Notes: generated from the letters alone by a model not told the origin. A stretch of 64,000 nt of DNA from Bacteroidota bacterium (GCA_029561305.1 JAKQJG010000128.1:9318-73317); one strand, 5' to 3'. Shown: positions 19,325 to 30,330, numbered from the stretch's first letter. Program-made: numbers and translations.

Positions 19325-22153
19325 TCACAAAAACCGGCCTGTATGACTTTTCTTTTCCTTCTTCAGATCTTCCGGTTTGCCGGTAAATACAACATGACCA
19401 CCAGCATCGCCTGCTTCCGGACCAAGGTCAATTACCCAGTCTGCGCTCTTGATAACATCAGTATTGTGCTCAATTACCAGAATAGTATGCCCCTGCTCTA
19501 TTAATGCATTGAAAGAAGTCAATAATTTTTTTATATCATGAAAATGAAGCCCAGTAGTGGGTTCATCAAAGATGAAAAGAATTTGTCCGTTTGCCTTACC
19601 CTTACCGAGAAAAGAGGCCAGTTTCACCCTTTGTGCTTCTCCACCGGATAATGTATTGCTGGATTGCCCCAATTTTACATATCCAAGGCCAACATTACTT
19701 AATGGCTGTATCTTTCTTGCCACTTCAGGATCGCCTGCAAAAAAATCAATCGCCTCATCTACACTCATTTCCAATACATCATAAATGCTTTTCTCTTTGT
19801 AGGTAACTTCCAATACTTCCTCTTTGAATTTTTTTCCGCCGCAAACTTCACAGGTCAAATGCACATCTGCCAAAAACTGCATTTCCACTATTTGTTCACC
19901 CTCGCCACTGCAGGCATCACACCTTCCCCCTTCTACGTTAAAGGAAAAGTGCTTTGGCTGAAAGCCCCGTATCTTACTCAGCGGCTGCCTGCTAAACAGT
20001 TCCCTTATCTCATCATAGGCTTTTATGTAGGTAACGGGGTTGCTCCTCGAAGATTTGCCGATCGGGTTCTGGTCAACCATTTCAATTTGAGAAATAGCAT
20101 CTATATCACCTGTTATGGCTTTGTGAATGCCAGCTTTATCAACGCCCTCCCCTTTTATTTTCTGTAAAGCCGGGTATAAAATTTGTTTTACCAGGGTTGT
20201 TTTGCCACTGCCACTTACACCACTCACCACGCAAAGCAGACCCAATGGGAATTCGACTGAAATATTTTTTAAGTTGTTTTGTCTTGCGCCCTCTACTTTA
20301 ATACTTCGTTTCCATTTGCGCACATTTTTCGGCGGTTCTATTTTAAACACACCTGATAAGTATTTCCCAGTAAGACTTTTATCATTTGCAATCAGTTCAT
20401 CATAATTACCGGCGGCCACCACTTCACCGCCCAGGTGGCTGGCCAGTGGCCCCATGTCAATAATATGATCTGCCTCCCTCATCATCATCTCATCATGCTC
20501 CACTACTACAACAGTGTTGCCCAAATCCCTCAATTCTTTCAATACTGCAATTAACCGCTCTGTATCGCGGCTGTGCAGGCCAATACTTGGCTCATCTAAT
20601 ATATATAATGAATTGGTGAGATTACTGCCAAGACTCCTGGTTAGCTGGATACGCTGGCTTTCTCCACCACTCAATGAATTGGCCAGCCGGTTGAGCGTAA
20701 GATATCCCAAGCCAACATCCATCAATGTTTTAATCCGGTGATTTACTTCCAGCAGGATCCTTTTCGCCACCTGCCCGTCGTAAGCGGTTAATTCAAGTTT
20801 GCTAAACCATGTTTGCAGATCTCTTACTGGCATATTGCACAACTCCCCGATATGCTTTTCTGCTACCTTAACATACAGTGCTTCTTTGCGAAGGCGGTAA
20901 CCTTTGCAATCTGTACATTGTGTTCTGCCACGATACCGGCTTAGTAAAACCCGGTATTGTACTTTATATAAATTTTGTTCAACTTCTTTGAAGAAATCAT
21001 TTATCCCTAATACATTACTACGTCCTTCCCATAATTGCTGCAGTTGTTCTTCTGTAAGGTCAATAATGGGCTTATGAATAGGAAAACCAAAACTCTTTGC
21101 TCCTTTTATAAACTGTTCCCGCCACCAGCCCAGCTTTTCACCCTTCCAGGGAGCCACCGCTTCTTCGTACAGGCTTAACTGTTTGTTGGGGATGATCAGG
21201 TCTGCATCCAGGCCGAGTATTTGAGAAAAACCTTCGCAGGTGGGGCAGGCGCCAAAAGGATTATTAAACGAAAATAAATTGGGAACAGGCTCCTCAAACT
21301 GTATCCCATCCATTTCAAACTTATTACTGAAATGAAGCATTTGTTTCCCGTTCACTTCAACCAGCATTTCACCTTCACCTTCATAAAAAGCGGTACCAAC
21401 AGAATCTGAAATCCGGTGTATATCATCCTCATCAAACGCCTTTACAACAAGCCTGTCTACTAACAAAAACATTTTTTCAGGAAGAGACTTATCCGGCATC
21501 TCTAACAATTCTTCAATACGTGAAGGTTCTAAAGCCCCTCCTTTGGCCCCGTCCTGACGGGACGGGGAGGCCGTTCTTGAAAAACCCTTTTGCAGTAAAA
21601 TATTAAGCTCTTCCTTCGTATTACGCTTTGCATGTTTTTTGAAAGGCACAACAATCAGAACCCTGTCACCTTCGTTTAATTCCTTAATTGCTTTCACCAC
21701 ATCTGCCACATCATCTTTTTTTACCTCTCTTCCTGTTACGGGTGAAATAGTTTTCCCCACCCGTGCATATAGTAAGCGTAAGTAGTCGTAAATCTCCGTC
21801 ATACTGCCAACCGTGCTTCTTGGAGTACGGGTAATCACTTTTTGTTCTATAGCAATAGCAGGACACAAACCTTTGATATAATCCACATCCGGCTTATTCA
21901 TTCGTTGCATGAACTGCCGTGCATATGCACTCAGGCTTTCTGCATAACGGCGTTGTCCTTCTGCAAAAAGAGTATCGATCGTGAGCGAAGATTTGCCAGA
22001 ACCTGACACGCCTGTCACCACCACCAGCTTGTTTCGTGGTATCGTAACCGTTACATCCTTCAGGTTATGCACTCTTGCACCTTTTATCTGTATCCCGTCT
22101 GTTGCAGAAAGCGAAGATTTTGTAACAGTCTGTAATTTTTCCTTGGTTGCCAT
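19325..22153 (-). CDS. uvrA: Excinuclease ABC subunit A
   Basis: Two GVSGSGK Walker A motifs, two LSGGE signatures, Zn fingers; start MATKE at 22153 preferred to the ORF-track 22321. Confidence 0.97.
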   Translation of the reverse strand: MATKEKLQTVTKSSLSATDGIQIKGARVHNLKDVTVTIPRNKLVVVTGVSGSGKSSLTIDTLFAEGQRRYAESLSAYARQFMQRMNKPDVDYIKGLCPAIAIEQKVITRTPRSTVGSMTEIYDYLRLLYARVGKTISPVTGREVKKDDVADVVKAIKELNEGDRVLIVVPFKKHAKRNTKEELNILLQKGFSRTASPSRQDGAKGGALEPSRIEELLEMPDKSLPEKMFLLVDRLVVKAFDEDDIHRISDSVGTAFYEGEGEMLVEVNGKQMLHFSNKFEMDGIQFEEPVPNLFSFNNPFGACPTCEGFSQILGLDADLIIPNKQLSLYEEAVAPWKGEKLGWWREQFIKGAKSFGFPIHKPIIDLTEEQLQQLWEGRSNVLGINDFFKEVEQNLYKVQYRVLLSRYRGRTQCTDCKGYRLRKEALYVKVAEKHIGELCNMPVRDLQTWFSKLELTAYDGQVAKRILLEVNHRIKTLMDVGLGYLTLNRLANSLSGGESQRIQLTRSLGSNLTNSLYILDEPSIGLHSRDTERLIAVLKELRDLGNTVVVVEHDEMMMREADHIIDMGPLASHLGGEVVAAGNYDELIANDKSLTGKYLSGVFKIEPPKNVRKWKRSIKVEGARQNNLKNISVEFPLGLLCVVSGVSGSGKTTLVKQILYPALQKIKGEGVDKAGIHKAITGDIDAISQIEMVDQNPIGKSSRSNPVTYIKAYDEIRELFSRQPLSKIRGFQPKHFSFNVEGGRCDACSGEGEQIVEMQFLADVHLTCEVCGGKKFKEEVLEVTYKEKSIYDVLEMSVDEAIDFFAGDPEVARKIQPLSNVGLGYVKLGQSSNTLSGGEAQRVKLASFLGKGKANGQILFIFDEPTTGLHFHDIKKLLTSFNALIEQGHTILVIEHNTDVIKSADWVIDLGPEAGDAGGHVVFTGKPEDLKKEKKSHTGRFL
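21530..21572 (-). repeat. In-frame palindromic repeat inside uvrA (encodes ASPSRQDGAKGGAL)
   Basis: TAAAGCCCCTCCTT...GGGGAGGCC ends are identical to the metG copy at 49581-49614; internal hairpin CCCCGTCC-TGACG-GGACGGGG. Confidence 0.85.
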
Positions 22154-22465
22154 AGTTGTAAAGCTGCAAAAATATCTGATTAAAACGAGTAAAAATCGGA
22201 ATTCCGAATAAGGGTAACGTAGATCTACGATATCCACATTCGTAGTTGTTCTTAAATGCCGAGTACTAACGCCCGATTTTGCATTTTGTACCAAAAAATC
22301 GTTAAAAAAAAGTGTGCTCAATACAATTTCACTCTACTTTAGCACTACCAATATCCGAAACACTTTGAAAAGCCGTTAGCACATCAAGCGCTTCTACAGC
22401 TTCCTCATTTTGTCTCTTCTATTGGCACTTATCCAAATCTATAACAAACCAAAAACCGCCTAATT

Positions 22466-23047
22466 ATGAAGAGCCTGTCAAGCCTAACAGACCAACAATT
22501 GGTACACCAGTATGTAGAAGGAAACACCGAAGCATTGTCAACTTTAGTTTCCCGCTACAAAGACAAGATCTACACATCTATCTACCTGCTTGTTAAAGAC
22601 AAGTACCTGGCAGAAGATCTTTTCCAGGACGTTTTCATCCGTATCATTGATACACTCAATGGTGGCCGCTACACGGAAGAAGGAAAATTTTTACCATGGG
22701 CATTAAGGATCGCACACAATATGTGTGTTGACCATTTCCGCAAGGTAAAACGCAGTCCAAGTATCAAAACCAGCGATGACCGCGACATTTTTGAAGTGCT
22801 GAACTTTAACGAGGCCAGCCCAGAGCAAAAAATGATGCAAAATCAAAGCCATGATCGTGTTCGTAAAATGATCGACATGCTTCCCGAAGACCAGCGTGAA
22901 GTGATCATCCTGCGTCACTATGCAGACCTGAGCTTTAAAGAAATTGCTGAACTCACCAAGTGCAGCATCAACACCGCTTTGGGCAGAATGCGCTATGGGC
23001 TGATCAACATGCGTAAAATGATGGTTGAAAAACAAATTGCATTATAA
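22466..23047 (+). CDS. ECF sigma-70 factor
   Basis: AEDLFQDVF region 2, LPEDQREVIILRH..LSFKEIA region 4. Confidence 0.93.
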   Translation: MKSLSSLTDQQLVHQYVEGNTEALSTLVSRYKDKIYTSIYLLVKDKYLAEDLFQDVFIRIIDTLNGGRYTEEGKFLPWALRIAHNMCVDHFRKVKRSPSIKTSDDRDIFEVLNFNEASPEQKMMQNQSHDRVRKMIDMLPEDQREVIILRHYADLSFKEIAELTKCSINTALGRMRYGLINMRKMMVEKQIAL

Positions 23048-23114
23048 CTTAAAAAAAATATCAACAACAGATAAACTTTACATAAAAGATACACTGTAAC
23101 CCCTCAATAACACT

Positions 23115-23147
23115 AAACCCTCCAGATTGTTGGAGGGTTTATTTTTT
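23115..23147 (+). terminator. Intrinsic terminator after the ECF sigma gene
   Basis: AAACCCTCCA-GATTGT-TGGAGGGTTT followed by a T-run. Confidence 0.8.
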
Positions 23148-23325
23148 GTAATCAACCCTTCTGCGTTATATGATATTATTTTGCCTCTGCAACGGTATAC
23201 AACTGATTAACCATTTGTACAGGAATGATCTGATGGTTTAAACAACTTAAAGAAATTTTAGATGCATTTGATACTTTGTATATGCATCAACTATATATCA
23301 ATTTTTTTGGCTAGTAAAATAAAGA

Positions 23326-26300
23326 ATGAGACTTTATCCTTTTGTAGTATGTATAACGCTGGTCAATATTTTTTTCCCTTCTGTTAAAGGCCAGGTAGCC
23401 GGGCAAAGGAATATTCAATACACTTCTGCACCCTCCTCCCTGCAATCCAGCGTAATGGTAAAAGGATTTGGCCAATCTTATATACAAACGGGTTGTGAAT
23501 ATATAAACGGGGGTAATGATGACGGGAACTCATTCATTACAAAATATGACAGTTTGAACAACCCGGTGGTTTCAATTAAAGTAAGCCGCTATTTAATAAG
23601 GGGTATATGTGAGGATGCCAATAACAATCTTTATACTATAGGTATTGACGCTGGTACCACCTCCAAGGTATCCATGTTAAAGATAAGTTCCACTGGCAGT
23701 ATCGTTTGGAAGAAAACGATACCACAAACCGACAATTCAAATACTTTTATACCGGATTACTATCCTTACGATTTTTACAAAGCCGTTCTTTTATCCAATG
23801 GAAACATCCTTTTTAATTGCTTTGCAACTAACAGCAGGTCATTGATCATATTATCTCCTGACGGAACATTCATCAGATCTGCCGACCTGCCCGTTATTAT
23901 TGGCGACATTGAGCAAGGCTTTAATAACACCATTACTGCGGCCTACTTTGACAGGGTTGGCTTTTTTGGAGATAATGTGACAGTGTCTGGTGTTATTCAG
24001 TTTGATTATAATCTAAGGATCATAAGAAACAAAAAAATCACTACGCCTTCTTCTTTTTTCATTTATGGCGTTAGTAGTGATAAAAATGGTTTCTATTATT
24101 TCAACGGAGTGGATTCTTCAGCCAATCCGTCGGCTACAGCAGGTGGCATCATTATAAAATTAGATTCACAATTAAGTACCGCACCTGGCAATACCATTGC
24201 TTTTGTTGGCACCAGCAAAAAGAATTGTGGTCAAACCAACGATGGACGTTTTTTCAAAATAGCCGTGAGTGATCATTCAGTCACGGTAATGGAAAACCTG
24301 TTCTTTATTTCACTGCAGAATTCAATTATCTATAATAACAACAGCTATGTATCTGTTCCTGTATTGAATTTTGATACTGCACTGAATATGCAATGGAGTA
24401 AAAATATGTTCATCCGGCAAGACAGCTTAAACCCTGTCTTTATGGTGTCAGATGATATTGTTAAAGTAAAGGATAATATCATCTTTTCCATCAGGACGAA
24501 TTTGAACAGTGCATTTCTATATTACCTGGATACTGCTGGCAACACCGGAAACTGCTACCATTCCAATGCGGACTTTGCGGTGAGGAAATTGTCGAGTATC
24601 CTTACAGATACATCGTTCAACACACCGGTATCCTTTTATGTACCGGCGCCAACCTCCAATCTTGCCAATACCATAACAGCAGACCCGGCTATTATCACCC
24701 TTGAATGTGTGCCGCCCTTAAAACCCATCAGTAATTTTGTAACTGATTACAGCAATCCAAATAATGACACTTCAACCATTTGCCTGAACACCGCAATCAG
24801 ATTTATTGACAGTTCAAAAAATGATCCTGCTGTTTTCAGATGGATCTTTCCTCTGGAGGCCGATCTGTCAAATGCAGACAGCAGCTGCTTTCCAAACATT
24901 AGCAACGTGTTCTTTACATATGAAGGAATTTTCCCGGTGCAATTAATTGCCTGCAATAATTTTGGATGTGATACGGTCACTAAATATATCAACACCCGTT
25001 TACAGGCAACGCCACCTAATCTCGGCAATGACACAACGATTTGCCCCGGCGACAGTATTGCGTTAATATATATCAACCAGCCCAACAGCAACCATGAATT
25101 TACCGGCAGCAATGGATTCTTATCCTCACAGGATACCATTTATATAACAGAAAGCGGCACATACACTTGTACTGTTATTTCTGACTGTGGCGTATTGTCG
25201 GATGACATTACGGTAACTGTTTTGCAAGCACCCATGGCTGCATTTACAACCAATATACTTTGTGACGCTCTCAGTATATCCTTTACAAACAATTCCGAAA
25301 CTAACGGTAATACTAACCCTGTTTACAACTGGGATTTTTTCACTGCTTCAAATGTATTGCTTGGCAGCAGCGCTGATGAAAACCCGGTATTCACCTTCCC
25401 TTCTTTTGACAGTTTTCGGGTACAGCTATCTGTAAGCAGCAGGGTTGGTTGTGCAGTAAGTGACTCTTTTTCCTCCTTTCTCTATGTAAAGGCGAAGCCT
25501 GTAGCAGCATTTACTGCAACCACTGATTGCGGCAATTTTGAAGTAATTTTTAATGATAACAGTATAGTAGCAGCCGATACACTTCAATCCTGGCTTTGGG
25601 ATTTTGGTAATGGGCAGGGTTCCGCTGAAAGCAACCCGGTCTTTACTTTTTCAACTTATGGGCCGGCTCCGGTAACACTAACTACCACCAGTAGCCGCGG
25701 CTGCAGTGATACTGTAACACAAACTGTAGTAATAAAAGAAAAGCCTGTAGTAATACTCAATCAAACCTCTAATGTATGTGCGAACAATCCATTTTATATT
25801 ATTGCAACTGCCGGTATAGCGGATACAGCAATCAGCAACCTGCTTTGGTGGATAAACGACATACCTCAAGGTGAAAACAATGACTCACTGCAACTGATAA
25901 AACCTGCTGGAAATTATACCGTAAAAAACCTGGTAGTTTCCAGCGAGGGTTGTGCCAGCGATACCGCAATAAAAAATATTGTTGTAGAGGAACAACCGCA
26001 GGTAACTGCCCAGGTTGGCAACGGATGCGCAGGCACTCCCGTTAATTTTTCAGCACAAGTATTAAATGGTTCTGTCGCAACCCATCAATGGTATTTTGGA
26101 GATGGAGACAGCAGCACTGTTTTGTCAGGAACACATATGTATGTATTGCCTGGAAATTTTATAGTACGCTATATTGCAACCGGCGCCAATGGATGCAGCA
26201 GTACTGTTGATAGTGTGATCCTGTTTATTGAAAGTATTCCGGAGGCCGCATTTTCATTGAATACTACCTGTGCTGGTAAACCGCTTGAATTTTCTGCATT

Positions 26301-26979
26301 GGCAAGCAGTAATGCTGTTGGTAACATCACAAACTATAACTGGATCTTCGACGGGACTCAAACTGCAAATGGCATTAACGTTTCGTTTCCACCGGTTGCT
26401 CCTGGTAGTTACAATGCAACATTAACTGCAAGCACTGCAAACGGATGTTCGGCAGAAAAGACAGAATTGATTGATGTACGCAATGCCGCCATAAGCGCCG
26501 GCAATGATGCGGCTGTTACTGCCAATACACCGTACACTTTACAAGGCAATGGTGCGGTAAGTTATCAATGGCAACCAGCCGGTCTTTTAGACAATGCATT
26601 AACTGCAAAGCCCGTTGCTACTATTAAAAACGATCAGTTGTTTATACTGGAAGCAACAGATGTGAACGGGTGCAAGGGTTACGACAGCGTATTTATAAAA
26701 GTTATTGGAAACATTTTTATACCCAGTGCCTTTAATCCATCAGGCATAATTAACCAGGTATGGCGTATTAAAGATCTTGCTGATTACGGCAAAGTAAAAC
26801 TTGCGGTGTACAACCGTTATGGCCAGGTGGTTTTTGAAGGCAGTGCCGCCAATAACTATAGCTGGGATGGAACGTATAAAAACAAACCACAACCGCCCGG
26901 TGTTTATGTATACGTCGTGCAGATAAATGATGGCAGGCGGGTGAAAGATTATAAAGGAACGGTCACATTGATCCGCTGA
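23326..26979 (+). CDS. T9SS type-B (gliding-motility C-terminal) cargo protein with N-terminal propeller-like region and PKD repeats
   Basis: Signal peptide; PKD motifs WDFGNG and WYFGDG; C-terminal IPSAFNP..YNRYGQVVF..WDGTYK..PPGVYVY. Confidence 0.88.
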   Translation: MRLYPFVVCITLVNIFFPSVKGQVAGQRNIQYTSAPSSLQSSVMVKGFGQSYIQTGCEYINGGNDDGNSFITKYDSLNNPVVSIKVSRYLIRGICEDANNNLYTIGIDAGTTSKVSMLKISSTGSIVWKKTIPQTDNSNTFIPDYYPYDFYKAVLLSNGNILFNCFATNSRSLIILSPDGTFIRSADLPVIIGDIEQGFNNTITAAYFDRVGFFGDNVTVSGVIQFDYNLRIIRNKKITTPSSFFIYGVSSDKNGFYYFNGVDSSANPSATAGGIIIKLDSQLSTAPGNTIAFVGTSKKNCGQTNDGRFFKIAVSDHSVTVMENLFFISLQNSIIYNNNSYVSVPVLNFDTALNMQWSKNMFIRQDSLNPVFMVSDDIVKVKDNIIFSIRTNLNSAFLYYLDTAGNTGNCYHSNADFAVRKLSSILTDTSFNTPVSFYVPAPTSNLANTITADPAIITLECVPPLKPISNFVTDYSNPNNDTSTICLNTAIRFIDSSKNDPAVFRWIFPLEADLSNADSSCFPNISNVFFTYEGIFPVQLIACNNFGCDTVTKYINTRLQATPPNLGNDTTICPGDSIALIYINQPNSNHEFTGSNGFLSSQDTIYITESGTYTCTVISDCGVLSDDITVTVLQAPMAAFTTNILCDALSISFTNNSETNGNTNPVYNWDFFTASNVLLGSSADENPVFTFPSFDSFRVQLSVSSRVGCAVSDSFSSFLYVKAKPVAAFTATTDCGNFEVIFNDNSIVAADTLQSWLWDFGNGQGSAESNPVFTFSTYGPAPVTLTTTSSRGCSDTVTQTVVIKEKPVVILNQTSNVCANNPFYIIATAGIADTAISNLLWWINDIPQGENNDSLQLIKPAGNYTVKNLVVSSEGCASDTAIKNIVVEEQPQVTAQVGNGCAGTPVNFSAQVLNGSVATHQWYFGDGDSSTVLSGTHMYVLPGNFIVRYIATGANGCSSTVDSVILFIESIPEAAFSLNTTCAGKPLEFSALASSNAVGNITNYNWIFDGTQTANGINVSFPPVAPGSYNATLTASTANGCSAEKTELIDVRNAAISAGNDAAVTANTPYTLQGNGAVSYQWQPAGLLDNALTAKPVATIKNDQLFILEATDVNGCKGYDSVFIKVIGNIFIPSAFNPSGIINQVWRIKDLADYGKVKLAVYNRYGQVVFEGSAANNYSWDGTYKNKPQPPGVYVYVVQINDGRRVKDYKGTVTLIR

Positions 26980-26991
26980 TAGTCCGTAAAA

Positions 26992-28938
26992 TTATTTCTT
27001 TTGAAAAGCTTCCAATCCACACTGCAGCCATTCTGCAAACTCTTCCGGATCAGGTGTATAGTATTTTGTTTTTGTGAGAGCTATTTCATCAGCATTGATG
27101 ATGGCATATTGCGGTTGCGAAGTAGCGCCAAAATTAGCCGTTTGAAAAGTTGCCCACTTGTCTCCCACGGTAATGATATTTTTATCGGTAGTATCTTTCC
27201 CATTGATGATCTTAAACACCGTTTGTTCGGTTGAAGGCAATTTGGTTCTTTCATCAACATACAGGCTCAGTACTATAAATTTTGTACGCATAATACTGTC
27301 CACACCTTTATCTGTCCATACTTTTTCTTCCATTCTTCTGCAGTTCACACAGGCCCACCCGGTAAAATCTATTAGTAAAGGTTTATTTTCTGCCTTTGCC
27401 AAAGCCAACGCTTTTTCATAATCATTGTGCAAAGGCTTGATGCCTTCTGTTATCAGTACATGCTCTTTATAAACGGTATAATTTAAAGGAGGGGCAAAAC
27501 CACTAAACAATCCCAGCTTTGACCAGCGGCTGTTTAAAACACCGGGTATTAAGTACAAGGCGATGGCGCCAAATAAAATGATGGTAGTGATCCTGGCAAA
27601 TGAAAATTTCTTTACAGGGCTACTGTGGCTCATCTTTAACCAACCCATTAAATAAAACACAATACACAGGCTGATAATGATCCAGGCTGCCACAAATATT
27701 TCTCTTTTTAAGAAGCCCCATTGTTCCACATTGTCTGCATTAGCCAAAAACTTGACTGCCAGTGCCAGCTCCACAAAACCAAGCACCACTTTTACATCCG
27801 TCATCCAGCCACCGCTTTTTGGCAAAGAATGCAGCCAGTTGGGGAACATGGCGAATAAGGCAAAGGGCAAACCCAATGCCACACCAAAACCGGCAGCGCC
27901 TACTGTAAGTGGCCAGGGACCCTGGTCTGCTACATTGGCCAGCAAGGTACCCAGCAATGGACCCGTACAGGAAAATGAAACAATGCATAAAGTGGCGGCC
28001 ATAAAAAAGATGCCGCTAAGATTACTCAATCCTGATTTGGAATCAGCGCTATTGGCAAAAGATGAAGGCAACACTATTTCAAACAAACCAAAGAAGGACA
28101 ATGCAAAAAACACGAATACTGCAAAGAAGATCAGGTTGAGCCATACATTGGTGGAAATATTATTGAAGATCTCCGGGCTGATGGCCTTGCTTGCCACATG
28201 AAAAGGAATGGTGATGGCAACATAAATAAAGAAAATGGAAAGGCCGTAAAAAACCGCATTGCTGATGGCCTGTTTTTTTGTAGTTGATTTTTTGGTAAAG
28301 AAGGTAACCGTAACCGGTATCAACGGAAACACACATGGCGTAAGCAGGGCGATCAATCCGCCCAATAAACCCAACAGGAAAATGGAGATCAAACTCTTAT
28401 TGGCTGTACCATCATCACCGCAATTGCTCACCGGGCTTTTGATATCAATCGAAGCTATTTTTATTTTACCCCCAGATGCCACACCTCCCTCCAGCTCTGC
28501 ACTAAAGGTCAAAGGAATGTCCTGCAAAAACTCGTCCCCCTTATTATAATTAACCGATAATTTACCCAGTAATTGTGCAGGCACTTTGTCCCTGAATTGT
28601 ATGACTGCCTTCCATTCCGCACCTCCCTCAGTTACCAGTAATTCCTTTTCAAAGATTACTGAATTTATTTTTTTTGTTTCGCCTGTGGCTGTAAAACTAT
28701 CTATAATAATGCTGCTGTCAACGAAGGCTAACTCTGCAGAAGGTGAACCACCAAAATCCTGCGATGGTGCATACAATTGGGTACCTGCCACTCCGGGAGT
28801 ACTGAAAGTGACTTCATATTTATTTTCCGCTATTTTTTTGGATGCAACTTGCCAGGTAAAGGCAGATCGAGCTGAAGGATCCTGTGCAAAAGAAACCAGC
28901 GATGCAAAAAGGAAGCTGAGTAAAAATATGAATTTCAT
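26992..28938 (-). CDS. dsbD: Thiol:disulfide interchange protein DsbD / cytochrome c biogenesis protein
   Basis: LTPCVFP, SFSCTGP, LPKSGGWM, thioredoxin FTGWACVNCRRME. Confidence 0.92.
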   Translation of the reverse strand: MKFIFLLSFLFASLVSFAQDPSARSAFTWQVASKKIAENKYEVTFSTPGVAGTQLYAPSQDFGGSPSAELAFVDSSIIIDSFTATGETKKINSVIFEKELLVTEGGAEWKAVIQFRDKVPAQLLGKLSVNYNKGDEFLQDIPLTFSAELEGGVASGGKIKIASIDIKSPVSNCGDDGTANKSLISIFLLGLLGGLIALLTPCVFPLIPVTVTFFTKKSTTKKQAISNAVFYGLSIFFIYVAITIPFHVASKAISPEIFNNISTNVWLNLIFFAVFVFFALSFFGLFEIVLPSSFANSADSKSGLSNLSGIFFMAATLCIVSFSCTGPLLGTLLANVADQGPWPLTVGAAGFGVALGLPFALFAMFPNWLHSLPKSGGWMTDVKVVLGFVELALAVKFLANADNVEQWGFLKREIFVAAWIIISLCIVFYLMGWLKMSHSSPVKKFSFARITTIILFGAIALYLIPGVLNSRWSKLGLFSGFAPPLNYTVYKEHVLITEGIKPLHNDYEKALALAKAENKPLLIDFTGWACVNCRRMEEKVWTDKGVDSIMRTKFIVLSLYVDERTKLPSTEQTVFKIINGKDTTDKNIITVGDKWATFQTANFGATSQPQYAIINADEIALTKTKYYTPDPEEFAEWLQCGLEAFQKK

Positions 28939-29074
28939 TAAGCGAAGTTAAACATGAGTCTTATTTGGTAAGGCAATGCTTCTTAAAAATGACCATGTAT
29001 TTTATAAAGCAAGTTGAACCGGAAATGCCTGGCTGTTTTTTTCGAAATTTTATCATCCAATGTTATCGCCACAC

Positions 29075-29105
29075 AAAAAAACGGGTTTAAAAACCCGTTT
29101 TCTTT
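29075..29105. terminator. Intrinsic terminator or attenuating hairpin between the DsbD-N gene and dsbD
   Basis: Perfect stem AAAACGGGTTT-AA-AAACCCGTTTT with flanking A/T tracts. Confidence 0.7.
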
Positions 29106-29119
29106 ATTGCCCGTCTCAT

Positions 29120-29575
29120 TTAATTCAATGCGACAGTAAAGTCAACTTTTTTTGCGGGCAGACATTTCTTGTCATCGCAGGTTTGATATTCCACACTTCC
29201 TACAAGATTAGTTTTTACGTTTGCCTTCAATTTGACTACCTGCACAAAATCAACTTTACTGGAATATTGATTGGCTGAAATTTTAAGCTTTTCATCTTTA
29301 AATAACTGCATTTTACCCACTTCTTTTACCGGGCCATTCAGCGTAACCAAGGGGTTTTTACTGAACAAAATCTCAGTAGGGATATTGATGGCATCCTCTG
29401 GCTGGTTTTGAGAATACAAATGCCAGCTCGGAAGTATGTTAGCAGTTAAATGCACTTCATAGGTCTTGTCAGCAATTTTTTTTGCTGAATAACTCCACTG
29501 AACCGGATTAACTGTTTGTGCAGCGGCTGTTCCAAAAGAAAAAGCCAATAACAAAGTGTAAAAAATTGATTTCAT
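29120..29575 (-). CDS. DsbD N-terminal domain protein
   Basis: Signal peptide, PVQWSYS, WHLYSQ, VEYQTCDDKKCLP. Confidence 0.87.
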   Translation of the reverse strand: MKSIFYTLLLAFSFGTAAAQTVNPVQWSYSAKKIADKTYEVHLTANILPSWHLYSQNQPEDAINIPTEILFSKNPLVTLNGPVKEVGKMQLFKDEKLKISANQYSSKVDFVQVVKLKANVKTNLVGSVEYQTCDDKKCLPAKKVDFTVALN

Positions 29576-29658
29576 TCGTTTATTTTTTTTCCAATGGCAA
29601 ATTTACAAATACAACGCCGGGTATGCTGTAACATTGGTTACATCTTCACCATTTAACA

Positions 29659-30330
29659 TTAGTTTAGCTGAAACAGGTGACAGAAAACTTTTTTCCCATC
29701 TTCGTTGCCCAGCAAACTGCTGGTGGCCCTTTCGGGGTGAGGCATCATACCAAAAACATTTCTTTCCTTATTGCAGATGCCGGCAATATTGTGAATGGCA
29801 CCGTTAGGATTGCCAGCGGCGGTAATATGTCCATTTTCATCGCAATAGCGGTAAATGATCTGCCGGTGCAATTCCAGCTCTTCCAAAATTTTTGGATCAG
29901 CAAAATAACGGCCTTCTCCATGTGCAACCGGTACTTTGAGAGGGCTGCCACCTTCTGCTGCACCTTCTTTTATGAAAACATTTTTACAGGCGAATTGTTG
30001 CTTTTCATTGCGCAATAAAATACCCGGCAATAAGCCACTTTCGCACAGGATCTGGAAGCCATTGCAAACGCCTAATACTTTTCCACCCTTATTGGCAAAT
30101 TCAATTACACTTTGCATCATGGGGCTAAATTTGGCAATGGCACCACAACGCAGGTAATCGCCAAAACTAAAACCACCAGGCAACACGATGCAATCATCGG
30201 TGGTAAACATGCTAATGTCTTTGTCTTTATGCCAAAGCTCAACTACTTCCTGCCCAAGGTCGTTGCGGAGGGATTCAATCATATCCCTGTCGCAGTTGCT
30301 GCCGGGAAAAACTACTACGCCAAATTTCAT
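29659..30330 (-). CDS. purQ: Phosphoribosylformylglycinamidine synthase subunit PurQ
   Basis: FPGSNCD, PGGFSFGDYLR, GVCNGFQIL, MMPHPER. Confidence 0.96.
   Translation of the reverse strand: MKFGVVVFPGSNCDRDMIESLRNDLGQEVVELWHKDKDISMFTTDDCIVLPGGFSFGDYLRCGAIAKFSPMMQSVIEFANKGGKVLGVCNGFQILCESGLLPGILLRNEKQQFACKNVFIKEGAAEGGSPLKVPVAHGEGRYFADPKILEELELHRQIIYRYCDENGHITAAGNPNGAIHNIAGICNKERNVFGMMPHPERATSSLLGNEDGKKVFCHLFQLN

Noticed and set aside
22154-22321. N-terminal extension of UvrA in the ORF track
   Set aside because: Not UvrA-like; it overlaps the divergent promoter region. MATKE at 22153 is the more plausible start.
23115-23140. CCCTCC...GGAGGG hairpin as a further copy of the metG repeat
   Set aside because: It lacks the GCCTCCC tail, has a longer loop and a T-run after a gene end, so it is best explained as a terminator.
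23258-23290. GATGCAT...ATGCATC inverted repeat upstream of the T9SS cargo gene
   Set aside because: Short, AT-rich, and has no second supporting copy or known motif.
29930-29970. Short PurQ loop (KEGAAEGGSPLK) as a repeat-derived insert
   Set aside because: No hairpin or sequence match to the repeat family at DNA level.
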